Source: a virus
Reading direction: 5' to 3' (one strand)
IMG/VR virus record: IMGVR_UViG_3300028800_000059
Span: 113,319-177,318 of that record
DNA: 64,000 nt
Program-made: the position numbers and the translations under genes
Part shown: positions 1 to 7,982 of the stretch, piece by piece
Layout of the letters: the number at the start of each line of letters is the position of its first letter
Position numbering within the stretch: the stretch's first letter is position 1
Notes under the pieces: generated by a model
Seen by the model: only the letters and a program-made list of their open reading frames with translations
Database searches by the model: none
Told to the model about the DNA's origin: nothing

Positions 1-80
1 GAAGAGATTCAAGAAATGGTTCTTCCGAGTGGAAGAAAAATATGGTCCTTGGGGCGGAATGCCCTGGTAGAGTCGCCCTG

Positions 81-106
81 CGGCTCGGGCATAGAGCCGT
101 GTTTTA
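81..106 (+). terminator. possible intrinsic terminator after a gene truncated at the window edge
   Basis: CGGCTC-GGGCATA-GAGCCG hairpin followed by TGTTTT; an open frame (…KWFFRVEEKYGPWGGMPW*) ends at TAG 68-70. Confidence 0.4.
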
Positions 107-213
107 CTTGGGGAAGAATTGCTGCGGTTTGCGTGTTTTGGGTTTTCCCATTCCCATGACAGTTATGCAAAATCAGCGCGACTCTTCCTCCTTTTTTGTG
201 AGATAATGCCCCT

Positions 214-2502
214 ATGAACAATTCATTCAATCAATCTCAGGACATGCTCGCCAAACTGATGGCGAGTGAAAATTTAATCGTATCCCGTAAGGCTGGGGTC
301 GCAACAGCGTCCTTCACGCCCAAAACTCGGACACTGGTTCTGCCAATGTGGAATCATCTGAGTGAATCGGTCGAGGATGCTTTGATCGGTCACGAAATCG
401 GTCATGCTCTTTATACTCCGGCGACGGAAGATGATTTGGCTCATGCCAAAAGGATCGATCCGAAACAATTGAAAGCGGCTCATTCGTTTGTGAATGTGAC
501 GGAAGATGCTCGTATCGAAAAACTGGTCAAGCGTAAGTATCCAGGGATGCGGCGCATTTTCAATGAGGGTTATGCCGAATTGGAATCGAAAAACTTCTTC
601 GGTACTAAGGAGAAGTTTGTCGAGGACATGCGGCTAATCGACCGCATCAATCTTCACTTCAAATTAGGGGCTTCATACGGTATTCCTTTCTTCAACAAGG
701 AAGAAAAGAAGCTGGTCGATTTGGTCGCGGCTTCTGAAACGTTTGACCAGGCCATCGAGGCAGCCAAGGCCGTCTGGGTCTATATGAACGAACAGAATCA
801 GGAGGAAGAAGAAAATTCTCCTGGTGGCGAAGGTGAGGGCGGTCAGCCCGGCGATGAGGAAAAAGAAAGCGACAAATCTGGTAAGAGCCAGAAGAAATCT
901 TCCTCGCCCGATAAGGACGGGAAAGAGAAAAAAGAAAAGGGATCGGCGCCGTCGGATGGCGAAGGCGAAAACAAAGATGAGGATGGCGAAGGCGAAAGTG
1001 CCGGGGCCGACGGCGACGGCGAGGATGAAAGCGATGATAAATCGTCGGGCGGTCAGGACGATGGCGACGGCGAGGATGAAGGCAAAAACAATAATCCATC
1101 TGGCGATCAAAACGAAAGTGGTGGTAATAAAAAAGGCAAGGGTTCGGCGCCAGCAATGGCCGAGGCCGAGACTGACAAAGCTTCGAAGGAAGCCTTTGAA
1201 AAATTGGTCAATAACAAAGCTACTGACCCCATTTATATCAATCTGCAAAAGAAGGTCGATCTAAAGAATTATGTTCAGCCTTGGGAGAAACTTTACAAGG
1301 CGTTGGATAATTACTGGGTCAAGCTGGATGTGCGCGACCAAGAAGTTAGAAACAATCAATTCAAAAACTTCCGGGCTTCGGCACTCAAAGTAGTGTCGCA
1401 TATGGCCAAGGAATTTGAAGCCAAGAAAGCGGCTCGGTCGTATGCTCGGACTCAAATCTCAAAAACGGGTGTGATTAACACGAATAAGTTGTTTGCCGCG
1501 ACCTACTCCGAAGATATTTTCAAGCGGGTAGCGGTCGTGCCGCATGGCAAGAATCATGCTCTGGTCATGTATGTGGATTGGTCGTCGTCCATGGCAGGCA
1601 ATTTGCAAGAAACCTTGCAGCAATTGATGAACCTGATTTATTTCTGCCGTAAGATCAACATTCATTTCGAGGTCTATGCCTTTCAGGATGGATCAATGAT
1701 CTATCAGAATGGATATAATGGCGAAAACCAGAACGAAGGAATGGCCGCTGGACAAGGATTGACCTTGCTCAATCTGTTTTCCTCGAAAATGAATAATCAA
1801 CAGTTGGATCATATGGCGACCATGATGCTTTATGCTCGGGCCACGGCAAATCAGCCGGGAGAAGATCGGGTAAGTATTGGCATGGGCGGGACGCCTTTAA
1901 TCAAGGCGCTGGCTCTGATGCCGTGTGTTATCGAGGAACTTCAAAAGAGAACTCGGGCGGAAATCGTTCATGGAATTGTCCTGACGGACGGCGATGATAC
2001 CCATGGAATGAATTATTGGTCCAAAGGAAGTTATGGTGGCAAGTTTAGTCAGCGGAGTAACGCCTACATTCTGCGCGATCCAGTGACCCGGCACGAAATT
2101 GATGTGGATAAGGCTGGCGGTCACTTAAAGGCTTTGATCCAGTTAATTCGGAAGCGGTGCAACGTCACCATGACTGGGTTCTTTCTCATGGATAATCCTA
2201 CTGGCTGGTACATCGCCAACAAGGCCGGACTCGATAGGGGCGATCATACCGTGGTCGCAAAAATCAAACATGAAATGAAAGAGGAAGGTGTTTTCGCCGG
2301 GATCAATTCTGGATACGATGAATACTACTTCATTGATGCAACGCGGATGCGGGTTTCGGATACCAATATCATTGACACGATTACGGTCCATGATACCAAG
2401 GCTGCCATGAAGAAAAAGTTCCAAAAGCATTTCGAAAATCTGAAAATCAATCGGCAGATCATGACGCGGTTCATTCATCGGATCGCAAAGCATATGGAGT
2501 AA
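214..2502 (+). CDS. HExxH metallopeptidase-like domain + acidic linker + vWA (CobT-like) protein
   Basis: HEIGH motif and VTEDARIE in the N-domain; long E/D/G/K/S-rich linker; MIDAS-like YVDWSSSM, downstream GGTPL and VLTDG; architecture typical of T4-like phage CobT-like/vWA proteins. Confidence 0.8.
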   Translation: MNNSFNQSQDMLAKLMASENLIVSRKAGVATASFTPKTRTLVLPMWNHLSESVEDALIGHEIGHALYTPATEDDLAHAKRIDPKQLKAAHSFVNVTEDARIEKLVKRKYPGMRRIFNEGYAELESKNFFGTKEKFVEDMRLIDRINLHFKLGASYGIPFFNKEEKKLVDLVAASETFDQAIEAAKAVWVYMNEQNQEEEENSPGGEGEGGQPGDEEKESDKSGKSQKKSSSPDKDGKEKKEKGSAPSDGEGENKDEDGEGESAGADGDGEDESDDKSSGGQDDGDGEDEGKNNNPSGDQNESGGNKKGKGSAPAMAEAETDKASKEAFEKLVNNKATDPIYINLQKKVDLKNYVQPWEKLYKALDNYWVKLDVRDQEVRNNQFKNFRASALKVVSHMAKEFEAKKAARSYARTQISKTGVINTNKLFAATYSEDIFKRVAVVPHGKNHALVMYVDWSSSMAGNLQETLQQLMNLIYFCRKINIHFEVYAFQDGSMIYQNGYNGENQNEGMAAGQGLTLLNLFSSKMNNQQLDHMATMMLYARATANQPGEDRVSIGMGGTPLIKALALMPCVIEELQKRTRAEIVHGIVLTDGDDTHGMNYWSKGSYGGKFSQRSNAYILRDPVTRHEIDVDKAGGHLKALIQLIRKRCNVTMTGFFLMDNPTGWYIANKAGLDRGDHTVVAKIKHEMKEEGVFAGINSGYDEYYFIDATRMRVSDTNIIDTITVHDTKAAMKKKFQKHFENLKINRQIMTRFIHRIAKHME

Positions 2503-2507
2503 AGGAA

Positions 2508-2750
2508 ATGTCAACTGATTACAAATCAAGTCACGGTTTCATGAATGTTAAATGGTCCTCTGTTAAAGAATATGCAGGACTAATGAAACAATTCCAAACG
2601 ATGAAATGTAAAGAAGTTGATTCAATAGAAATTAAACGTCAAGGAGAAGACAGTGTTGAAATTTCCGTCACAAAAAATAATGAAATCCAATATGTTTTGA
2701 TTCAAATGGAAGATGAAAAGCTAACCTTGCGAACTGAGGCATTGCAATAA
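2508..2750 (+). CDS. hypothetical protein
   Basis: 80-aa ORF preceded by GGAG/AAGGA, directly after the vWA gene. Confidence 0.6.
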   Translation: MSTDYKSSHGFMNVKWSSVKEYAGLMKQFQTMKCKEVDSIEIKRQGEDSVEISVTKNNEIQYVLIQMEDEKLTLRTEALQ

Positions 2751-2765
2751 AGGAGTAAAGGAAAA

Positions 2766-2993
2766 ATGGACGAGAATTTTGAAAAGGTAATGGACTTTAT
2801 TTTCAAGCTTCGAGACAAACGCCTAAAGCAAATGAATCAGACAGACAGTAAGTCCACTGAAATGTGGGCCGCCACCAGCGTATGCACGTTGGACGATGTT
2901 TATGGATATATGGTTGCTCTAAAGGCAAAAAACGAAGGACGCGGTGATAGTTGGACCGATCATATTCTAGAGGCGGGGATTCTTCAACAATGA
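2766..2993 (+). CDS. hypothetical protein
   Basis: 75-aa ORF with AAGGAG/AAGGA upstream. Confidence 0.65.
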   Translation: MDENFEKVMDFIFKLRDKRLKQMNQTDSKSTEMWAATSVCTLDDVYGYMVALKAKNEGRGDSWTDHILEAGILQQ

Positions 2994-3097
2994 AACAGTT
3001 TCTAGTTGATTTTATTGTATGGGCCTGGCCCGTCATGCCTCGGCGCTTTCGCCTGTGGGCTTTCCTAAATGATGATATGGACGAATTGAAGGACTAA
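2990..3097 (+). CDS. small hypothetical protein, 35 aa (MKQFLVDFIVWAWPVMPRRFRLWAFLNDDMDELKD), not in the ORF track
   Basis: ATGA start/stop overlap with the upstream gene; its TAA overlaps the convergent methyltransferase stop. Confidence 0.5.
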   Translation: MKQFLVDFIVWAWPVMPRRFRLWAFLNDDMDELKD

Positions 3098-4695
3098 GGT
3101 TTGTAGAACACAAACACTGGCTCATATTTTCGATACAATCCATTCACGCGACAAATATTTTTCGTTGTCGCCTTAATATCCCCATTTTCATCGGTCACTA
3201 ATCTATTCCCTCCCGGCATTTGGCTCATAGCCATTTTCTCCACGCCGCGATATTCCATGCCTAGATCGGTAAGTATATTGATAGAGTCCTGTTCGAGTGG
3301 CAGGCGCTCCCCGGAGAAAACCACATCTGCAATATTCCACAAGAGATATCTATCGTTCCGGAGCCAATGGAATGCCGTCCAGAGTGTAGGTTCCAAAAAG
3401 CCTTTTTTCCAGGCATCATATTGTCCAAATTTTTTATAGGATTGTCCTTCATCTTCTGAATAAGCCTCCTTCGAAAAATATGGTGGGCTAGTGAACACCA
3501 TATCCACTTTCCCTTTCCACTTCTGGAAGTTTTTGTCCTGAGCAATTTCCTCAGACCCTAACTGATAAATTTCATAGGAATTCAGATGGGGAAAAAGTGA
3601 CGAGCCCTTATTAGTTTTATCATTAAAAAAATCAGCCAATTCGTGATATTTCGTCCGGCCGCCCACAGTATCATGATCCCGATTAGGATCAGTACCGATA
3701 TAATGAATGTTCCGATCATCGATAGAAAGAGCGCCAAGAAGACGGCCACCCCAACCAGCAGAAGGGTCATATAAAACCACTGTCTCATTGTTTTTGCAAT
3801 GCTCCGTATATTTTCCATAGAGATATTTAGCCGTTAGTGGAGGGAAGTTAGTCGCATACTGACAATACGACACGCGAAACGCCTTCAGACCAATTGGGAA
3901 AAGTTTTTGGCCGTGTTTGAAGACTCGGATATTGTATGTCTTATGTTTGCTGCCCGCCACATTAGTCAGAGCCTTGGCTGGAATAATATTCTGTAAAACA
4001 AACAAATCAGCCTCATTCAAAAAGAAATTTTTTCGATCTTTGAGTTCCTGATTATATCCTGTGTATGTTGCTGCCTCTTCCTTGGGCGCAATCCAATAGT
4101 CCCATTCTCCATGGGCACGATATTTTTTCTCGAATGTTTGAATCCAATCCTGGGCGTCCCTGGTGCAAGGAAGAAATTCGACACTTTCTTTATCCATAAC
4201 CTTAGCAGGATTTGAATAGGCATAAAAAGAATCTCGCTTAAAATGCCGCGATGCATAGGTTACGAAGGTGTCTAGGAGGATTGGGTCGGCAAAGTAATCA
4301 TAGATAGATCGCCCGGCATCAGGGTCTTTCGTGTAGTTAATACGAGTTTTCATCATGGTTGGAAAGAAACCATTGATTACGCCCGACATTTCAGACTGTG
4401 TGTTGTGAATGATATCGTTGTTGCCAGTCAGTTCATCCTTGACCACGAATTCATTGACTGGATAACCAATCATATGGTTCATAAGATCGATCATGGTTTC
4501 TTCGGACTTGCCTACAACAGGTGGCGTGCCCAACTTGTCCCAGGCATACACGACCACTTCCCGCAGTTCGACACACCACTGGCGAAATTCGTCTTTGGAC
4601 ATCCATAGGACCTGTTCAAAGGTCTTGTTGACCTCGTGATTTAACAGATAGGTATTTTTCTCATAGAAAAATTTATTCGCCATCAAGGGTTCCAT
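3094..4695 (-). CDS. DNA amino-methyltransferase (m4C/m6A type) with a large N-terminal region
   Basis: SAM-binding motif I YDPSAGWGGRLLG and catalytic motif IV FTSPPYF. Confidence 0.85.
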   Translation of the reverse strand: MEPLMANKFFYEKNTYLLNHEVNKTFEQVLWMSKDEFRQWCVELREVVVYAWDKLGTPPVVGKSEETMIDLMNHMIGYPVNEFVVKDELTGNNDIIHNTQSEMSGVINGFFPTMMKTRINYTKDPDAGRSIYDYFADPILLDTFVTYASRHFKRDSFYAYSNPAKVMDKESVEFLPCTRDAQDWIQTFEKKYRAHGEWDYWIAPKEEAATYTGYNQELKDRKNFFLNEADLFVLQNIIPAKALTNVAGSKHKTYNIRVFKHGQKLFPIGLKAFRVSYCQYATNFPPLTAKYLYGKYTEHCKNNETVVLYDPSAGWGGRLLGALSIDDRNIHYIGTDPNRDHDTVGGRTKYHELADFFNDKTNKGSSLFPHLNSYEIYQLGSEEIAQDKNFQKWKGKVDMVFTSPPYFSKEAYSEDEGQSYKKFGQYDAWKKGFLEPTLWTAFHWLRNDRYLLWNIADVVFSGERLPLEQDSINILTDLGMEYRGVEKMAMSQMPGGNRLVTDENGDIKATTKNICRVNGLYRKYEPVFVFYKP

Positions 4696-5077
4696 ATTCT
4701 CTTTCTAATCGTTCTAATGAATCTTGAAGTTTAGCATAGGCCTTTGGTGCTGTCAAATCCATTTTGGAAAGACCTGTACCAACACCATCAGTAGGAATAA
4801 TAACGGTCTGTCCAAGTTTTAAATGTAATTCAATTTGTTTAATGGGAAATATTATTTGATCCCAAAATTTATCAATTTGTGAATCCATAAAAAATGATTC
4901 GACAGTTCTTTCAGGTTTCCATTTGGTTGGAATTCCTATGGCATTTGGCTCGCCGCGCATTTCTTTTGCCTGACCACCCAGACCTCGACGCTGCATATTA
5001 TCTCCAAACACATAAATTGTTTTGGGATTATCCTGTAGATTTTTTCTTGTAATCCATTTTTGATGTTTGATTGGCAT
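4673..5077 (-). CDS. conserved phage protein (FGDN…GxGGQA…NAIGIPTK family, possibly macro-like fold)
   Basis: YVFGDNMQRRGLGGQAKEMRGEPNAIGIPTK motif; fold assignment is from memory only. Confidence 0.6.
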   Translation of the reverse strand: MPIKHQKWITRKNLQDNPKTIYVFGDNMQRRGLGGQAKEMRGEPNAIGIPTKWKPERTVESFFMDSQIDKFWDQIIFPIKQIELHLKLGQTVIIPTDGVGTGLSKMDLTAPKAYAKLQDSLERLEREYGTLDGE

Positions 5078-5851
5078 TTAAGCACCTACATTCCAAAATA
5101 ACGCACCACTTGATGCATACGCCTTTACAAAACTCCAAGCCTTGGCATCATACGTAGGTGCCGAAGGAAACGGAGGAATATCATCGCCTTTCACAGGGCG
5201 ATCAAATTTATATGGCGACACCCAAAGCTTGGCTCGTCCAATCTGTTCCGGTTTCATCTTATGCCCAACCTGCACCACGTTGAAATTTGCGTTAGGCCAG
5301 GCCAATTGCAGACCACGAGAAAGAGTTCCACTTGATCCTACTGTCCAAACCTCTTTGGGTTTGATATCGATTGCCTGCGCGACCTTCACAATGGCTTGTA
5401 GAATAACAGGGTGTTCCAACCCAAGCGGAAGTACCATTCGTCTAGTAGGCTCCACGATGGCATATTCTCTGGCGCGGGCCTGAGTCACATTCAACATACC
5501 ATCAGGAACCCAATGATATTCAGCACCCAAAGCAATTCCTTTTTTCTGATAATCCGTATAATTTTCTGGGTCTCGTTTCGCCATGAAAAGAATAGTTCGT
5601 TTTCCATATTTCGAACAGGCTGCCGGCAAAGATATTTGGGCATATCCTGTTGCTGGACACGACCCAAAGACCCATTTATCAATTTTTGGATAGGCATTAA
5701 TCAGCGCATCAAGGAAACGAATCTTTGATCCGTATCCAAGTTTATCGTCACGCACTACGTTGATATAACGATCATGATCAATCGCAGTGGGTTCCACGTA
5801 AGGTTTAGGATATGGATCGTTCCACTTACTTATGTCGAATTGCATCTTCAA
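5078..5851 (-). CDS. PLP-dependent enzyme, fold type II (ACC deaminase/D-cysteine desulfhydrase/TrpB-like)
   Basis: VVRDD…GSKIR (candidate Schiff-base Lys), glycine loop TVGSSGTLSRG, YDAKAW, terminal LFWNVG; start probably at the ATG at 5845. Confidence 0.8.
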   Translation of the reverse strand: MKMQFDISKWNDPYPKPYVEPTAIDHDRYINVVRDDKLGYGSKIRFLDALINAYPKIDKWVFGSCPATGYAQISLPAACSKYGKRTILFMAKRDPENYTDYQKKGIALGAEYHWVPDGMLNVTQARAREYAIVEPTRRMVLPLGLEHPVILQAIVKVAQAIDIKPKEVWTVGSSGTLSRGLQLAWPNANFNVVQVGHKMKPEQIGRAKLWVSPYKFDRPVKGDDIPPFPSAPTYDAKAWSFVKAYASSGALFWNVGA

Positions 5852-5984
5852 TATCCTCTAGGCGTCGGTGAATTTTTTCAGTTTCCATAAGTAATCTGAC
5901 CAACATATGGGGAGTTCCCATCAAATCCTGTTCGGCCAGTTTATTAAACTGTCTCAGAGTAAGTTTTAATTCTTCACTCGGCAT
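5826..5984 (-). CDS. small hypothetical protein, 52 aa (MPSEELKLTLRQFNKLAEQ…), not in the ORF track
   Basis: open frame filling the gap between the 2OG-oxygenase and PLP genes and overlapping both. Confidence 0.5.
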   Translation of the reverse strand: MPSEELKLTLRQFNKLAEQDLMGTPHMLVRLLMETEKIHRRLEDIEDAIRHK

Positions 5985-7203
5985 TTTCCATCCTTTGTAT
6001 TAATTCAGGAGTCAACACAATGTCCACGACCAAATGAATACGATCCTCGGTTCCATTATTGATAGCGCGATGTGGCTTGCGAATATCCAGATACCAACAT
6101 TCGCCTTCTTTCATATTGACAGTGGTTGCCTTGCCATCAAAATCCCAGGACGTAAATTCAACACCAGGATTCGTCACAAGAGGGAAATGAAAACGCGCAA
6201 GTTTTCCAGGTGTCGCACCAAGATCAGGATCAACTTGATCGGTATGTCTTTCAAGTTCTCCGCCACCAGGCTTTAGTTTCATTAAGCGAATGCGATGCAC
6301 GTTGGTATAATCATCCTGTCCCAAAGATTTGAGAATAGGTTTTACGTGTTCCTCAAAGAAAGGCATGATGTAAGTATTTTGGATGAAGAATTTTTCGTTC
6401 TTATGTTTCTCTTGCCACTTGGCATTCATTTCAATTGGTTTTTCAATGAAATTATAATCATTCTTATATCCACGAAGTGCCAGGGCACTCCAGGACCGTT
6501 CCTTGTTGTAATTGGAATAATGATCGGTGTAACTAATATCGAATCTGCGGCCATCAGGAAGTTGATTGGTAATATGTAATCCAAAATCTTTAATTGCCTT
6601 CCAATTGGCGGCACGAAACAAAACTCGTTTGACTCCAGTTTTTTCTAGTGGACTCAAAACAGGATGTTTACGGGGTTCCCAGGTTCCAGGCAAAGCGTAG
6701 ATAGACGCCGGCATAGAATCTTCGCGGAAATAAATTCCCATGATCGATCCATAGGTGTCTATTTTCCCGCCAATATATTTGTAACCAATGGACAACAACA
6801 TTTCATGTTTGGCTTGATCTTCACGCCAAGAATAAACCCAGGACGTTCCATAGGTAATCATAAACCAATTTTTGAACATTGCATTTGAACAGGCGATGTG
6901 AGAATACACATTGTCGCCAGGCTCTTTATGGCCGATCACAACATCATCATAGGCAACGATATTGCCTTTAACCTTGACTCTTTTGACGCGCCAGATGGGT
7001 GTGTCTATACAACCTGTTTCATTAGAAAGTTTCAAATCCCCTTTTGATAAATCTTCGGCTATGCGATTTTTCTTATATTCAGCAAAGGGATTGCCACAGG
7101 CATACTTGTTATATTCGGCATAATGAGCCTCGATGGATTTTAGATAATCCAGGTCATATCCATGTTGCCATGGTTTAGTTTGTGCTGATAATGGTCCTGT
7201 CAT
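5974..7203 (-). CDS. fusion of a putative GNAT-like N-domain and an Asp/Asn beta-hydroxylase-type 2OG-Fe(II) dioxygenase
   Basis: C-terminal RIRLMKLKPGG…RHTD (HxD)…RFHFPLVTN…GECWYLDIRKPHRAIN…RIHLVVD; N-domain WVYSW…IGYKYIG resembles a GNAT C-terminal motif (weaker call). Confidence 0.75.
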   Translation of the reverse strand: MTGPLSAQTKPWQHGYDLDYLKSIEAHYAEYNKYACGNPFAEYKKNRIAEDLSKGDLKLSNETGCIDTPIWRVKRVKVKGNIVAYDDVVIGHKEPGDNVYSHIACSNAMFKNWFMITYGTSWVYSWREDQAKHEMLLSIGYKYIGGKIDTYGSIMGIYFREDSMPASIYALPGTWEPRKHPVLSPLEKTGVKRVLFRAANWKAIKDFGLHITNQLPDGRRFDISYTDHYSNYNKERSWSALALRGYKNDYNFIEKPIEMNAKWQEKHKNEKFFIQNTYIMPFFEEHVKPILKSLGQDDYTNVHRIRLMKLKPGGGELERHTDQVDPDLGATPGKLARFHFPLVTNPGVEFTSWDFDGKATTVNMKEGECWYLDIRKPHRAINNGTEDRIHLVVDIVLTPELIQRMENAE

Positions 7204-7826
7204 GTCGTCTTTATTGTAAGAGTTGATTTCTTATCGGCGGCTTCTAGTTTTTTCATAGCCTTCACTTTTCGCATGATTTTCTTCATGGTCTTGCGACGTT
7301 TTTCTTGTTTGATTTTCAGACTCAATGCCGGCACTCTTTCGGTAAACAAAATGCCATTGCAATGATCAACCTCATGTTGAATCAAACGAGCCGTCAGGCC
7401 CGAGAAACGTCCTTTCAGCCATACGCCTTTTTCATTCTGCCAAATAGCATCTATCTCTTTGGCGCGTTGCACGTTTAAAAACAACATAGGATAACTCAAA
7501 CATCCCTCACTGTCAAGGAGTTTTTCTTCGCTGGAAACAACAATTTCTGGATTGAAAAATGCCTGGTGCTGTTCATCGGTGCCGACAACAAAAACTTTGA
7601 CAGGAACTCCTACCTGGATTGCCGAAAGACCCAATCCCTTATAGTGTCGCATAGTCTGATAGAGCCGATGCACCAATTCTCCTGGATGCATCTGAGGATT
7701 ATTGAAATTGAAGTCCTCTGGTACAGTTCTCAAAATTGGATTGTTTTCATCGACTAAATTGAAAAGCGTCAGCGTCTTGGTTTGATCCTGTGATCCGGTA
7801 TCTATGCGGAGAAATTCTTCACTCAT
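7200..7826 (-). CDS. def: peptide deformylase
   Basis: motifs GLGLSAIQVG, EGCLS, QHEVDH; start placed at MSEEFL (7826) after AAGGA. Confidence 0.95.
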   Translation of the reverse strand: MSEEFLRIDTGSQDQTKTLTLFNLVDENNPILRTVPEDFNFNNPQMHPGELVHRLYQTMRHYKGLGLSAIQVGVPVKVFVVGTDEQHQAFFNPEIVVSSEEKLLDSEGCLSYPMLFLNVQRAKEIDAIWQNEKGVWLKGRFSGLTARLIQHEVDHCNGILFTERVPALSLKIKQEKRRKTMKKIMRKVKAMKKLEAADKKSTLTIKTT

Positions 7827-7830
7827 TTTT

Positions 7831-7980
7831 TTAAGTTCCTTTAACCCATTCAGAATATGTCGTGGCATTACCTGCTAAAATTTCCTTATCAAATTCTTCT
7901 TGTAAAATTTCGTAGAGCGTTTTTTCCAAATCTAACACTGATTCTGAAATCTCACCCAACCAAAAATAATATGGCCACAT
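7831..7980 (-). CDS. small hypothetical protein, 49 aa (MWPYYFWLGEISES…), not in the ORF track
   Basis: ATG 2 nt after the gp46 stop; open frame ends 4 nt before def. Confidence 0.45.
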   Translation of the reverse strand: MWPYYFWLGEISESVLDLEKTLYEILQEEFDKEILAGNATTYSEWVKGT

Positions 7981-7982
7981 TT

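Noticed and set aside
673-1264. Overlapping ORFs 673..1248, 692..1156 and 824..1264
   Set aside because: Shadow frames of the low-complexity linker of the 214..2502 gene. The same applies to most short opposite-strand ORFs inside the structural genes.
5078-5851. Calling the PLP enzyme an ACC deaminase auxiliary metabolic gene
   Set aside because: Only fold-level motifs are visible; the short length and DNA-modification context argue against a specific metabolic call.
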